Part shown: positions 12,150-26,089 of the stretch, piece by piece
How the letters are laid out: the number at the start of each line of letters is the position of its first letter
Numbering within the stretch: the stretch's first letter is position 1
Source: Octopus sinensis
Lineage: Eukaryota
Length of the DNA stretch: 64,000 nt
Direction of reading: 5' to 3'
Assembly (NCBI RefSeq): GCF_006345805.1
Contig: NC_043001.1
Span: 90,024,001-90,088,000 of the forward strand
Program-made: the position numbers and the translations under genes
The notes under the pieces: model-generated
The model's input: the letters and a program-made list of their open reading frames with translations, nothing else
Databases searched by the model: none
What the model was told of the DNA's origin: nothing

Positions 12150-12512
12150 ACTGCGGATCTTTTCGGTTTGAATGGCAGTTTTTTCTAGCGGTGTCATATG
12201 AAATTGTCACCCATAATTATGACCCTAGTATCGATCTATTGCATTTCAATCTGTTTTAGGGTTAGGGTTAGTTAGGGTTAGGGTTAGGGGTGGGGGAAGG
12301 GTATCTTTTTTTTCTTCACAAATGTAAATAAACCCAATCTGTTTCTTAAACGAGGGACATATTCATACGGCACAGAATGTTTCTTTTTACCTCAATAGAC
12401 GTCAGTGATTGGTTGAAATTGCAGAAATTGAAGAAAAAAAAAGCAAATATCTTACAAACTATAGAATTTTCTCAATAAAGCCAAGAGAAAAAGATGTTTT
12501 ATAAACACATTA
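12150..12512. mobile_element. Interspersed repeat containing an internal (TTAGGG)n array at 12256-12289
   Basis: Five TTAGGG units plus one truncated unit. Boundaries and class are inferred. Confidence 0.45.
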
Positions 12513-12758
12513 TAACGTGCATTTTTAAAAACCCTCTGCCTTAACGTTAACTTACATCGTCATTAATACTCTTTTACCCTTTTATTCTTTTACTTGTTTC
12601 AAGTCATTTGACTGCGGCGATACTGGAACACCATCTTCAAGGGTTTAATCAGACAAATCGACTCTAGTATTTATTTTAATTTTGGTACTTACAGCATCGG
12701 TTTCTTGTCCATGAAGCTGAGGTTGAGATTGATACGGTGTGGGTTTAGACACTATATG

Positions 12759-12951
12759 CAGTAGCAAGGCTAGGGAAGGAGTAGTGATGGCAAGGGGACG
12801 GTCGGCCTCATGCGACGATTTTATGGGGATCGCAATTTTGGGTCTGTTATATAAGCTTGTATAGGCTGCTCTGGTTCGGAGGTGGTAGTGGTGATGACGG
12901 TGGAAAGCTCAAGGGCTGCTACGGGTGGCACACACTCTAGCTACGCCACTG
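12759..12951. mobile_element. Decayed hAT-like MITE
   Basis: TIR-like CAGTAGCAAGGCTAG / CTAGCTACGCCACTG; possible degenerate 8-bp TSD ACTATATG / GGTGTATG. Confidence 0.45.
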
Positions 12952-13334
12952 GGTGTATGCATCTCCTCCTCGTAAATTGAAAAGTAGAAATTATTGTCCT
13001 TCACTCCAGCGTACCACGCCATTTCCATTGCTGAACAGTACAAGCTAATGTATATGTGCATACGTGTGTGTGTGTGTGTGTGCTTTTCTTTTCAAGATGA
13101 GGAAATGATTTGAGTAAGATCTGGCTGATGTTTCTACCAGATTGAGTTGTAGTGTAGAGAGGTTCACTCGATATGTTATGAATGATTTGGATTGGATTAC
13201 CAATATTCATTCCACTGCAGGACGAAGGCCTCAGCATGTTCTCTCTACCAACAGATTATACTGGTTTGAGAGAGTACTCTTCTACACTGGCTTGACATAG
13301 ATTGGCAGAGGGGTACAGTTTTATACTCTCACCC

Positions 13335-14110
13335 AGGCGTAGTTAAGTCGATTACATCGACCACAAATATTCAACTGGTACTTATTTTAATCGACCCTGA
13401 AAGGATGAAAGGGAAAGTTGACTTTGGAGTATTTGAACTTAGAACGTAAAGACAGACGAAATATCGCTAAGAATTTCGCCCGGCGTGCTAAATATTCTGC
13501 CAGTTTGTTGCCTTATTAATGGTATTGTGCTATTCAAAGGCGGCGAGCTGGCAGAAACGTTAGCACGCCAGGCGAAATGCGTAGCCGTATTTCGTCTGCT
13601 GTTACGTTCTGAGTTCAACTTACGCCGAGGTCGACTTTGCCTTTCATCCTTTCGGGGTCGATTAAATAAGACCCAGTTGAACACTAGGGTCGATGTAATC
13701 GACTCATCCCCTCTCCTAAAATTGCTGCCATTGTGGCAAAATTTGGTACCGTTATTCTTTCTGTTATAGGCACAAGACCTGAAATTTTGGTGGGAAGGGA
13801 AGTCAGTTATATCGACTCTAGTGCTCAAGTGATACTCATTTTATCGACTTTGAAAGGATGAAATGCAAAGCTGACCTCGAATGCATTTGAACTGAGCCGA
13901 TCAAAGCATTTTGTCGCAAAGTATTTTGTCCAGCACAGTAGCGATTCAGCTAGCTAATCAGATTCTATGTCGTTAATAATAATAGCAGTGGTCGACTTTG
14001 TTTTTTATACTTTCGAGGTCGATAAAATAAGTACCAGTTGAGCACTTGGGTAGACGTAATTGACTGGTACCCCCTCCGAACTTGTTGACCTTGTGCCAAA
14101 AATTTGAAAC
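13335..14110. mobile_element. Cluster of four SINE B copies in alternating orientation (- + - +)
   Basis: Approximately 13335-13515(-), 13538-13760(+), 13760-13960(-), 13980-14110(+), identified by head and core motifs. Confidence 0.75.
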
Positions 14111-15521
14111 CAATAATAATAGTAGTGACTGTATTAGTGGTGTACTGGTAGTGGTTGTTGTTAATGCAGTTTTGCCAATGGTCTTCGATTGTCCGAGCAG
14201 ACCCGCGATCAGAGACATTCTAGTTATGAGTAACCTGTTTTGGTTTTTAAATTTTTTTTTTAAAGGCGTTATATACCCTAAATCACATTACAGATACAAC
14301 ACAAACATTCCGGACACTGATTGCCTGGAACCTCTCAAAATCCGCACTAATGCACGAACAGGAACTGCAAATTCTTGCAGCCACCACACTAGTTCACTGG
14401 AACCTTACACAGACTAGCAGCTTGCGCGGACAAGTAGCTTGCACCAGTAGTGTAGCCAAGTTCTAAAGTTAGGAGAGCGAGCACATAAAAAAATGGCACC
14501 GTGATACATACCAAATAATTTAAAACTCATTTCTCTTATATTACACGAAATAGTTCATTAGTTTGTAGGAGAAGTGATTTATACTCCCATTGTGTGATTA
14601 AACGAACCTGTTGCTTGTATTGGTCGGTTTTCAGCTGTCCAGTCATGTTGGCGCAACACTTTATTTTTCCTTGCGTGGGAAATTAATTACCAACTTCTTG
14701 CAGCCTACTACTCTATAAGAAAGACAGATTTCGACTGTTCTAGGTCTTTGGCACTCGCCACTGACCACACGCAACTCGTCTCCGGCAACGATGTTCTGAC
14801 ACAAGCCAGTATCCGCTTTCATCTCCACGAGATGCCTGTCTTTGTTGAATGAACACTACACGACCAACAGACCAACGGCTGCCTCTACACACCACCAAAC
14901 AGTACGTCGCCTTTGCCTACAAGATCAGTCCAGTTTTTCACACAAACCCATCGTTGTAACCTATTATGTTATTTTATTTCATGTATTGCATTCATTGCAT
15001 TTTATAACGGAGAATAAATCGTTGCTTACCAGTTCATTTCATCTCAAGTCGTATATATCCTTCACACACCTTCATCTACTCCTCTCCGTTATAATATACA
15101 TAATTGTATTCTACATTCATTAATTTTGTGATTCAGTAACAATGTCATCATGTAAGAAACTTACAACTACTGATATAGGTGTGACATGAATAAAAGATGA
15201 AACTACACGGGATCGCCCAGGGTCGAGAGGTTATGACGTCAGGGTTAATTTTGATTCTTCATATTTCAGCAGCCATCAACATATCACAGGAGATTGAGCA
15301 GAAAGTTCAAAAACACAGGAGCTTCGTCGAATGACCACGGAAAGTTCTTCCAAGACCATGCGATTAACAAAAACAGATTCGACTCTTATCGCACAAGTGA
15401 AATAAAGAAAAACACTGTTGAAAAGACGCCGGTTTTGAAAAATCTGCTCGTAGGGAGCGGTCGCTCTTGCTCCCCTATTAGCTATGTCTCTGTCTTGCAC
15501 AGTAAAGTATTAATAAACTTA

Positions 15522-15758
15522 TACCTATTTCTTTACTGCCCACGAGGGGCTACACACAGAGGGGACAAACAAGGACAGATAAAGGGATTAAGCCGATTAT
15601 ATCGACCCCAGTGCGTAACTGGTACTTATTTAATCGACCCCGAAAGGATGAAAGGCAAAGTTGACCTCGGCGGAATTTTAACTCAGGACGTAGCGACAGA
15701 CGAAATACCGCAAAGCGTTTCCCCCGGCGCGTTAACGTTTCTGCCAGCTTCCCGCCTT
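15522..15758 (-). mobile_element. SINE family B1, full length
   Basis: Matches 124-357 and 19790-20018. Confidence 0.85.
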
Positions 15759-15957
15759 TGTATTAATAAACTTATACCATTTATACTATAATGTACAGTT
15801 ACTGTATTCCATTTATCTTTTTTTATTTTATTTTTTTCCTTTTTTACTCGTTTTAATCATTAGGCTGCAACTATGCTGGGGCAACGCAGTGTAGAATTTT
15901 GATCGAACAAATCGTCCCCTGTATTTATTACTTTTAAAGCTCGTAAAAACACCATTT

Positions 15958-16172
15958 GAGCGTAGCTGTTGCCAGTGCCGCCCAACTGGCCCTCGTGCCG
16001 GTGGCATGTAAAAGCACCCACTACACTCTCGGAGTGGTTGGCGTTAGGAAGGGCACCCAACTGTAGAAACTCTGCCAGATCAAGATTGGATCCTGGTGCA
16101 GCCACCTGGTTCGCCAGTCCTCAGTCAAATCGTCCAACCTATGCTAGCATGGAAAGCGGACGTTAAATGATG

Positions 16173-16204
<32 letters not shown>

Positions 16205-16205
16205 A
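15958..16205 (+). mobile_element. Family E retroposon 3' part with (GAT)n tail
   Basis: Same consensus as 9254, 35385, 42318 and 43910. Confidence 0.8.
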
Positions 16206-16214
16206 CTTCATTAA

Positions 16215-16476
16215 GCCATTTTGCTGAACAGCGAGGTTACGGGGACGTAAACACATCAACACTGGTTGTGAAGCGGTACTTGGAGGAAAACACAGGCATA
16301 AAGGCACTCACACATGTATATACGACAGGCTTCTTACAGTTTCCATATACCAAATCCACCAACAAGACTTCGGTCGCCCTGAGGCGGTAGTAGAAGACAC
16401 TTGCTTATGTGCTACGCAGTGAGTCTGAACCCTGAATCATGCGGTTGGGAAGCAAACTTCTTACCACATAGCCGCG
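16215..16476 (-). mobile_element. SINE family A, diverged
   Basis: Reverse-complement family A motifs. Confidence 0.7.
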
Positions 16477-16519
16477 TAAATTTAATATTCTCTTAATTTA
16501 TAGTGTCACCAACCCTGGT

Positions 16520-16857
16520 GAAGGCGCATGGCTCAGTGGTTAGAGCGTCGAGCTTACGATCGTGAGGTTGTGAGCTCGAATCCCGGACCGGGCTGCGTGT
16601 TGTGTTCTTGAGCAAAAGACTTTATTTCACGCTGCTCCAGTTAACTCAGCTGTAGAAATGAGTTGCGACGTCACAGGTGCCAAGCTGTATCGGCTTTTGC
16701 CTTTCCCTTGGATAACACTGGTGGCGTGGAGAGAGGAGGCCAGTATGCATGGGCGACTGCTGGTCTTCCATAAACAACCTTGCCCGGACTTGTGCCTGGG
16801 ACGGTAACTTTCTAGGTGCAATCCCATGGTCTGTGTCGTGACCGAAGGGGATTTCAG
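16520..16857 (+). mobile_element. tRNA-derived SINE family C, full length, 9-bp TSD
   Basis: GGCTCAGTGGTTAGAGCG (A box) and GAGCTCGAATCC (B-box variant). TSD AACCCTGGT at 16511-16519 and 16858-16866. Confidence 0.9.
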
Positions 16858-17131
16858 AACCCTGGTTCAGTAATCTGGAATCATTTTGAAAGCAAAGGTT
16901 CTGGAAAATCGAAGGTGTACCTATACTACATTATCCAGTGTGAAAAAGATATGATTTGAATGAAAGTTGGCTGATATTTCTAGCCAGTTGGTCAACCACC
17001 AAAAGACTCCTTTGTTGGCTCGTAATAGTGGTGACATAATGATGATGGTGCAGAGAGAGAGAGAGGGAAAGAGAGAACTATAGCTATGAGATATTACGTT
17101 AATTTTGTGTTTCAGTCAGCCATGAAATACT

Positions 17132-17179
<48 letters not shown>

Positions 17180-18487
17180 AAGAAAGTGAGAGTGAAAAAG
17201 AGAAAGAGAGAGACAGCGAGAGAGAGAATGAAAGAAATAGAGAAAGAGAATTAGGTTAAGTTTGTGAAACCTGTTGTATAATAGGAAGAGAGAGAAAGGG
17301 AAAGAAAGAGAGAGGGTAAGAGAAATATGTATATACACTCGTACAGTCAGGCATACATACACAAGCACACGCACGTGTGTGTATGTGTGTGTGGAGTTGT
17401 GTGTGTATTCATGTATTCATATTGTACACATACTATCCATAGACATGTCTTTATATAAACACGTGTGTGTGTATATGTATGTGTGTGTGAGTGAGCATAT
17501 GCGAGTTTCTATCCCTCTTTTTGTACACACGCACACACACACACACGCACACACACACACACGCACACACACACACACACGGACGCATTCATAAAATAAG
17601 ACTTTTTAATGGTGAAAACATACATTCGAACATCATGTTTAAAAAAAACGCGAATAGTTGTTATTGCTGCTGTGGCTCTTCTTCTTCTTCTTCTTCTTCT
17701 TGATGGGTTAGTGGGTGGGTAGATGGATAAGTGGAGGTGGGGCGTCGTGCCAGTCAAGTACGGATTCGATAAACTCAGCTATGCCCTTCTCCATAAATTT
17801 GTGTGACCTTGTGGTAAAGTTAGAAGTCACTATTACTATATTTGTCAGGACGGCGTATTGGCAGAATTATTAGAGTGTTGAATACATACCCTTTGCGGTA
17901 TTTCTTCCGGCTCTGAGTTCAAATCCCATCAAGACCAACTTAAACTTTTATCCTTTCGTGGGGTCGATAACTGTCCCGTTGCCAGACACTGGTGCCTGGG
18001 CGTGCTTCAGAATATTCTGGGTGGGGAATAATTTGTAATAATGCTACTAGAATTTCGAAATAAGTGCATCATTGTAAATCTAAGGGTGCATCATTGAATA
18101 ATTAGGGGACAGTGCCACTCAGTGCTATCTCCCTTCCTGAAGGGCATGGGCAATAAAATGAAATAGCCGTCAAGTACTGGGGCCGATAATGTTGATTTAC
18201 CCCTCCCTCCTGGTGCTGGGCCGAAATCATATACAAATATTTCTAAATTCATGAAGCTTTCTTCATCAGCACTAAAGAAGACATTTCTTCAGCGAAGAGT
18301 GACAACAGCTTGAATTTGAATCCAAGCAAATATCCAGTTCTTTACGTTCTAAGTTCAAATCTCGCCTGGGTCAAATTTGCTTTTTATCTTTTCAGGATAA
18401 AGTTCTACTTAAGTCCTAGATATAAAATAATCAACTTGCTCCACTCCTTTTAAAATTGTTGCTGGCCTTGTGCTAAAATTAGAAAGA

Positions 18488-18537
<50 letters not shown>

Positions 18538-18938
18538 AGGCGGCGAGCTGACAGGATCTTTACCGCGCCAGACAATGTTTAGCGGCATTTCTCACGACTT
18601 TTTTTAAACGGATATGTTTGAAAGAACACACACACACACGCACGCACGCGCACACACACTCACACACGCGCGCGCACACACATACACACAACATGCATAC
18701 GTTTAGCAAATGCATATTATTTTAATTATAAATGACACGTAAATCTCTCATGTTCGTACGTGCATGCATACAGAAGCGCACTCATAAACAGACTTACACA
18801 CAAACACACCCATACATATACACACATGCCCAAGGTGCCACACAGTGGGACTGAACCTGGAACCATGTGGTTCGTAAGCCAGCTACTTATCACACACCCA
18901 CTCCTATATATATATATATACATAATATATATATTATA

Positions 18939-19048
<110 letters not shown>

Positions 19049-19252
19049 TATATATATACAACTTCACGGCAGGAGGTGCAGATGAGGACAGCTGCATCGA
19101 ACTCTCTCATGCACCAAATGTCAATTGCTAAAAAGCATTCGTGAAGTAAAATCATGTAGCAACACCAAATGGCGGTGTCCCAGCATGGCCACAGCTTGTG
19201 AGCTGAAACTAGATTAAAAAAAAAAAAATATATATATATATATATGCATGTA

Positions 19253-19285
<33 letters not shown>

Positions 19286-19287
19286 AC

Positions 19288-19318
<31 letters not shown>

Positions 19319-19789
19319 TATATATATATGTTTCATGCATCTCCACCACAAAATATAAAGCGCACAAACAGGATTTATTTGGGACATAGCAGCAGCAACA
19401 ATAGCAGGGAAAAGGTGCGGTGTTCTATTTAAGTTTAGGGCACACACAACAGTCTATGCAACAGAAATGTGAACTAAAACATAATCAGCGTCCACGACCT
19501 TTCATTACAAAAGCAGTGAGATATAGGTATGCTGATATTCGTTGACATAATTCCCATCTTACATAAGCTGTGCTTGACGTCACTCACTCTCTCTCTCTCT
19601 CTCCCTCTCCACTCTCTCCCTCTTCCCCCTCTCCCCCTCTCTCTCCCTTTCCATCTCCCTGTCCCACTGTTTGTCTGCCTGTCTCTTTGTCTTGTCTATA
19701 TGTCTGGATATTGTGTATCTATGTATACCTTACTTCTGTTTTTGAGGCATTTTTTACCTCAACTATTTTCTTGATATTTATAATTACCT

Positions 19790-20018
19790 ATTTCTTTATT
19801 ACCCACAAGGGGCTAAACACAGAGGGGACAAACAAGGACAGACATAGGTATTAAGTCGATTAGATCGACCCCAGTGCGTAACTGGTACTTAATTTATCGA
19901 CCCCGAAAGGATGAAAGGCAAAGTCGACCTCGGCGGAATTTGAACTCACAACGTAACGCAGACGAAATACGGCTACGCATTTCGCCCGGCGTGCTAACGT
20001 TTCTGCCAGCTCGCCGCC
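19790..20018 (-). mobile_element. SINE family B1, full length, near consensus
   Basis: Matches the other B1 copies. Confidence 0.9.
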
Positions 20019-20089
20019 TTTATTTATAATTACCGTTAGTGCATTACCCACACTGGCTGTTTGTCTGTCTGTCTGTATGTGTGTGAGTG

Positions 20090-20121
<32 letters not shown>

Positions 20122-20267
20122 TGTATGTTTCTGTGTGTGTGTGTGTGTGTATTATATGTGTTATCAACCAGATGGTATTACTTAGTTTCGCACCTTTCAT
20201 TGATAACATCGAAGGTACGTTTTTTTTACCCTGTCGTTGTTTATTTACATTTTTTCATTTATTATAT

Positions 20268-20298
<31 letters not shown>

Positions 20299-20933
20299 TA
20301 TATATATATACATACACATACACACACACATATATATATATACACACGTGTGTGCTTGTGCGTGTGTGTATGTATTTTTGTATACCTACCTACCTACTTA
20401 CCTACCGACCAACTTACCTACCTACCCACATCCCATATACATACAAACATGCATGCATACATACATACATACATACATACATACATACATACATACATAC
20501 ATACGTACATACATACATACACTTTCAGTTGCGCCAATCAAATTGAATACGCTTCGCTGAAGAGATCTCATAAGATCAATATGTATTTGCTACGTTGATC
20601 AGTTAACTTTAAACACCAGATCCATTCCATGTCTACAATTGCCCAATCTATATTATCCGAAAGTTTCAGTCAACTGAATTTATTGGAGTTACCTCTCTTG
20701 CCAGTAGTTTCAGTTTTTTAACACACTTAAAGGGATTCTTTTGTCCCGTAGTTGCTCGGATCATCTCAGCTGATCGGAGTTATTTTACAAATGACTATAT
20801 TACATATATGGGGCGGTACTGTATTTTTCTCTAGTATGAAGGATGCTAGTCTGAATTATTTTATCTCAATTTTATTTCAGTTATATATGTAGGCGTGGCT
20901 GTGTGGTAAGTATATATATATATATATACATAT

Positions 20934-21050
20934 ATCACTTGATCACTTGACCGACCAGTCCGTCAGGCGTCCATTTGACACCGCTGGTCACAGCACGCTG
21001 TCCACTCCTCTCTGGATTGCGCCTTTCTCATCCACGTGATCCCCTCGTCG
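20934..21050 (-). mobile_element. RTE-type LINE extreme 3' end in (TA)n
   Basis: Minus strand translates GITWMRKAQSREEWTACCDQRCQMDA* (resembling the W.R.A.DR..W RTE C-terminus), followed by a (CAAGTGAT)2 tail. Confidence 0.55.
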
Positions 21051-21054
21051 TATA

Positions 21055-21107
<53 letters not shown>

Positions 21108-21692
21108 TATATATATTATATATATATAATGTGGTAATGCTTCATCAAGTAGAAAAACAGTCGATCAGCTAAGAGAGCAAAGATAATCTTATAATAAAAA
21201 AATACAAATCTTGTAAAATACATCTACCTAGGGTTTCCTGGACAGAATAATTGAGCAATTAGCGTTTAAACAAGAGACGTTGGTGAAAAAGGAGACAAGA
21301 AGAAAAACACCATGGAGGTAACGTTACAATAATTCGATTTCAAGCAATTCTAAACCAGATGTTAATGGTTCACAAAGTGTTCGTTCGTCTACTTTTATAT
21401 TCGACAGCTCGGATATCACGTTTGATAACTGTACGACCATTGTCATTGTTCGCTGAAACCCGTTCTTCGAAATCAACGGAAGATATATCGCACTTCTGTC
21501 CTAGAGGACATTTAGATTTTTGTCTCTATATGTGTATCTGAGGCAGGCTTGAGTCGCCTTACACTTTTCCCCCTTAATGTTAGAACAAATGTAGGTAGAA
21601 GCCGCAGATACAATAAAATCTTTAACAGACACATGATACAAGTTACTTTTTTATCCCTCAATGTTACGTCATTTATCAATAAGCAATGAGTA

Positions 21693-21728
<36 letters not shown>

Positions 21729-22633
21729 GGTGACAAAGACAGTAAAGGGGAAACGAATTAGATATCTGTTACCTGAGAAAATTAACGCTTTGATTTTGGT
21801 TTGCCAAATTAATCTTCTAATACAAATAAAATACTTCTAAATCCAAATATTGAATGGGTTGGACATTTTTGATTTCATTTATGTTGACCTGTACAAAGGA
21901 GATAAGGCAGCGAGATGTTTGCTAAACGTTTGGGTCACCATTTGCATGATGAAGGAGACAACGAAATTTGTCGAGGTTTTGTCGTTACTACGAACGACAA
22001 AACATCGAGAGTTCTAAATGTTATTGCTCTTGGTGTAGTTGTAGTAGCAGTTAAAGAGTAGTTAGCTGCTAGCTGTGCTACTAATTTCCAATGTTTTTTG
22101 TCCTCCGATTGTTCATTACCTTTTTGTTGTCAGTTGCTGTAGCCGTCTCTGTTGGCTTACAGTGTCTGTCAATGCTTACCTTGCTGCTTCCCAAATCTCT
22201 CTATCAAGTAGTCGAGGTGTACCGAATTTATAATGATGAATGGGTTCAGAAGGAAGCGCACTTAAAGATAAAACGGTCGCTAGAGCCTATTCCATGCAAA
22301 ATCGCAATTGGTTAGATTTTGCTGACACCCATGGGCAATATTCTAACGGATCGCAACATAGGGTGATTGCTGAATATTCCCACTACAGTCATTTAATGTC
22401 CTTATCGCTACTAGAACACGCAGTATTATTATTTTCTTATATTGACACAAAGCTATGTATTGGTAGGGCAATGGTAAATAGAATAGACTCAAGTACATGA
22501 ATGCCAAGTTTTTTTATCAATCTCAGAGTAATTTGCAGCAATTCAAAGTCCAGTTGTCTATATGGGCGTTTTCAGTATTTTGATTGAGGGTGCTCTACAC
22601 ACACACACACATACATACATACATTACATACAT

Positions 22634-22737
<104 letters not shown>

Positions 22738-22744
22738 CATATAT

Positions 22745-22897
22745 ACGGCGGGCTTCTTTCAGTTTCCGTCTACCAAATCCACTCACAAGGCTTTGGTTGG
22801 CCCGAGGCTATAGTAGAAAATACTTGCCCAAGGTGCCACGCAGTGGGACTGAACCCGGAACCATGTGGTTGGTAAGCAAGCTACTTACCACACAGCC
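22745..22897 (-). mobile_element. SINE family A 5' half
   Basis: Head and core only, ending at the TA/CA tract. Confidence 0.8.
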
Positions 22898-23674
22898 ACC
22901 TGTGAATTTTGAAACACATCCATGGCTGGATACTGAGTCTACATGGAAATTACGGATTACAATATTCACACTTAGATTTACAAAGCTAGACGAGAACGAT
23001 ATAGTGGATTTATTTGTTTTAAGTCTTTGAGATATGGTGGCCGGTTACTGCAATAAAATTAAGTAACCTGAAATGACAAAAGATGGCGTTGGAGATGATG
23101 TTACATACTATTCAAGAACAAAAAAGAAAATAATAATTGTCATTGCATCTAAATTTACTAACAGTAAAATATATTCAGTGGACGAATAAGACTTTATCCA
23201 TTGAAATAATAACCAGGACAATCTTGTATTGATTTTGTTAGTTCTCATAGATAAATATCAAAAATATCATAGATAAATATCAAAATATTGTAAATTTCTT
23301 ATATCCTTTGCGGAAGTGGCTATTAGAGATGCTTTTTACCAAAGACTAAACAAGGAAACCAATCGAAAGGTCGTTTGACATTGCTTTACTTTGTCTCGTA
23401 TCATAAAGCTGAGAACATCTAAACGTTGCAGGATGTAATTGTTACAGTCGAGGTGGAACTATCCACTATTTGTGTGATGGAAAACATTAATAGGAATGAT
23501 TGTAATCTTTATGTAGACGTTGTTAAGAAATCTTCAATTCAAGCAACATTTGTTTGTGGTGGGCATCAATGGAATGTCCAGCTGTTGGAGAATTAACTTC
23601 AGTTCAAACGATAGTTGTTTGTGGTAGGTATCAAAAATGTAGCTGCAGTGAATGTTCTGTTGATAAATGGCATA

Positions 23675-24069
23675 TCTCTCTATATATAAAACTGAAGTTG
23701 TCTGTGTATGGCAGGTTTGGTAGCCTTCAACTAACAATATCTTCTCCGAGACCCTGCGGCGCAAGTTGATCAAAATTGAAAGTTTGATAGAAGAAGGCTT
23801 GCTCTTCCTTTCGTAGAAGAAAAGAATTCAAATCGGACCATGTTAACACAAAAAAATTATTTACATAAAAAAGGTGCTATTTTTCTATGAAAATCCCTAA
23901 TTTTTACGATTTTTTTGACTGCTGTGTCGCCAGTTTTCGGTGTATTTCAACCAGAAAAATGTTCACTTAAAGAGAATAACAAGCTACATAATGTAAAACT
24001 TTTACTTTTCAAAAATTCCAATTCTAAAGGGTCGAAACAAACCCGAGCAAGGCCGGGCGATACTGCTAG
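23675..24069 (+). mobile_element. Non-autonomous Helitron, complete
   Basis: A|TC start at 23675; CCCG...CGGG hairpin near 24042-24057; CTAG|T end at 24066-24070. Confidence 0.85.
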
Positions 24070-24539
24070 TTAATTATAAAACGATAAGATATTTTGCGAA
24101 TAATTATCGAAAACTCAGTAATATCAGCTGTATGAATCCGCTAAAGACTTCGGTGGAAATAAAGTTTAAACGGAAATAAGTCCAATCAGTGGAGGCTTAA
24201 TTAATTGCGGAGTGAATTACTTTTTATTCCCGAAGTTGTTACGAAAAAGCTTGGCGTTAAATCGTATTCTAAGTTATATCAGAAGGCAAGATCTCTTGAT
24301 GAAAACAAATTTAACATAACTGGAAAGATTGGAAACATTGAAGTAAACAATTGCTTCACAGGAACTGAAGTTTTTGTTGTTCCAGGCATTTCTCATTTTA
24401 CCGTTTTCCGAATCTTCGAACAATCACAATTTTGATTACTTTGGACTAAATTTAAAGCTAAACTTCCATCTTTGGTTGTATCTACATGTCATTCATCTAA
24501 AATTCAATCAACTATTTTCACAGAGTCGAATATTTACTG

Positions 24540-24790
24540 ACATTACATTCATCAAATCCATAACTAGCCATCTTATGCAATCAACAAAACCGTGGCAGCG
24601 ATTATCACTTGATATTAAGGGGCAACTCTTACATTTGTCGGTTGTTGATAAGATTATGCGTTACCCTTTCGCATTTGCCTTAAGGACAGCAACTTCTCCC
24701 GCTAACATTTAATGTTCGTCCTCATTATTTACCTTGATTGGTGCTTCAAACTTTGTTCATAGTAACAGTGGCATTTAGTTTGGTAGGAAA
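24540..24790 (+). pseudogene. Decayed Gypsy-type LTR retrotransposon integrase fragment
   Basis: TKPWQRLSLDIKGQL..LSVVDKIMRYPFAF...SSLFTLIGASNFVHSNSG resembles the rve motifs PFERLSIDFKGP, VVDEYSRFPFAF and IHSDRG; stops are present. Confidence 0.65.
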
Positions 24791-25804
24791 AACGTCTAGG
24801 AATTATAAAATGTCGTTAGAATGTTCGAACGACTAGAACGATGTCTGATGAAGGAGAAAACGGACAAAATAAATGACTGAATGTTGTGCTAGGGAAAATG
24901 TACTCTGTTATCTATAATGTAAACAAACAAAACCATAAAAGAAATGGCGGCGAGAAACTATCACTTGCTAAAATGTATACTGGGACTTTATTTTCTAGAA
25001 TTGCAAAGATGCAGTCTCCTCAAACTGTGTTTAATTTTGCAAATCGTACAACATTACAGACGATTTATGATAAAGAAAAAAGCAATAAAGTTAAAGATTT
25101 AAAGAAAATCTGTTATCAAAAATGACCCATTGGTTGAATAGTTGCTAGTAATTGAAATACTTTCGTATGTCACATCCTCATTCAATTTGCAATAAAAGAG
25201 ATGTAATTCAGTCTTAAGTCATTAATCATCAGCCACTGAACTCGGGTTTGAGATTGATAAAATTGCAAACATTTCCGTATGCTGTTCTCTCACTTAAGCA
25301 AACAGAAGTACTATATAACTACAATTACTTTGAAACTGAGAATCACAATACACAGCTACCTCACAACATACTGCAGGATATGATATTTCTGGACTACACC
25401 GTACTACACCAGGTTATCTACGATATATTCAACTAATTGCCTCTACAATACCTTCTTAAGGTTATCAACTTTTCTTTTTATTTTCATGGATCTGTTCGAC
25501 TAGAGCCGACTGCTGCTAAGCAAGAACAAGTGCAACGACAACGACGACAAAAAGAAGCAAAAAAGAGAAAAAGCAGGAACTGCAATAACACACGATAGCT
25601 TTACGAAAAGTAACAATATTCATAGTAACAACTGCAGCACCATAAGATGGTTTAGAAAATGAAAAAAATATATAAAAGACTTTCTTTTTTTTCAAATTCA
25701 GACCTGCGAACAATAGCCAAAGATTTGATTACAACAAAATCAGTACAACATTCAATAGGCCCCAAAGTTTGTTTTCTTTTAATAGTTTCCATTTATCCCA
25801 GAAA

Positions 25805-26045
25805 GTGGAGGCGCGTGGCTTAGTGGTTAGGGTGTCAACATCATGATCGTAAGATTGTGGTTTCGATTCCTGGACCGGGCGACGCGTTGTGTTCTTGAGC
25901 AAAAACACTTTATTTCACGTTGTTCCAGTCCACTCAGCTGGCAAAAATGAGTAACGCTGCGATGGACTGGCGTCCCATCCAACTGGGGAACACATACGCC
26001 ATTGAAACCGGGAAACCGGGCCCATAAGCCTGGCTAATCTTTAAA
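25805..26045 (+). mobile_element. Chimeric SINE: family C head and core joined to a family D 3' tail
   Basis: First ~135 nt match family C. The tail GGCGTCCCATCCA..GGGGAAC..GAAACCGGGAAACCGG matches the reverse complement of the tail of 46740-47028. Confidence 0.7.
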
Positions 26046-26089
26046 AAGGCACATTTATTTTATTTATCCCAGAAAATTTATTATTTTTG

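Noticed and set aside
14560-15470. Possible LTR or gag remnant
   Set aside because: No paired LTR, PBS or diagnostic motif seen.
16520-16595. tRNA-like sequences at SINE heads (also 25808, 32320, 32700, 46955, 52045)
   Set aside because: They continue into SINE core and tail with TSDs and lack a proper acceptor stem, so they are not tRNA genes.
21955-21965. Reverse complement TTCGTTGTC matches the start of miR-981
   Set aside because: Only 9 nt match and there is no compatible precursor.
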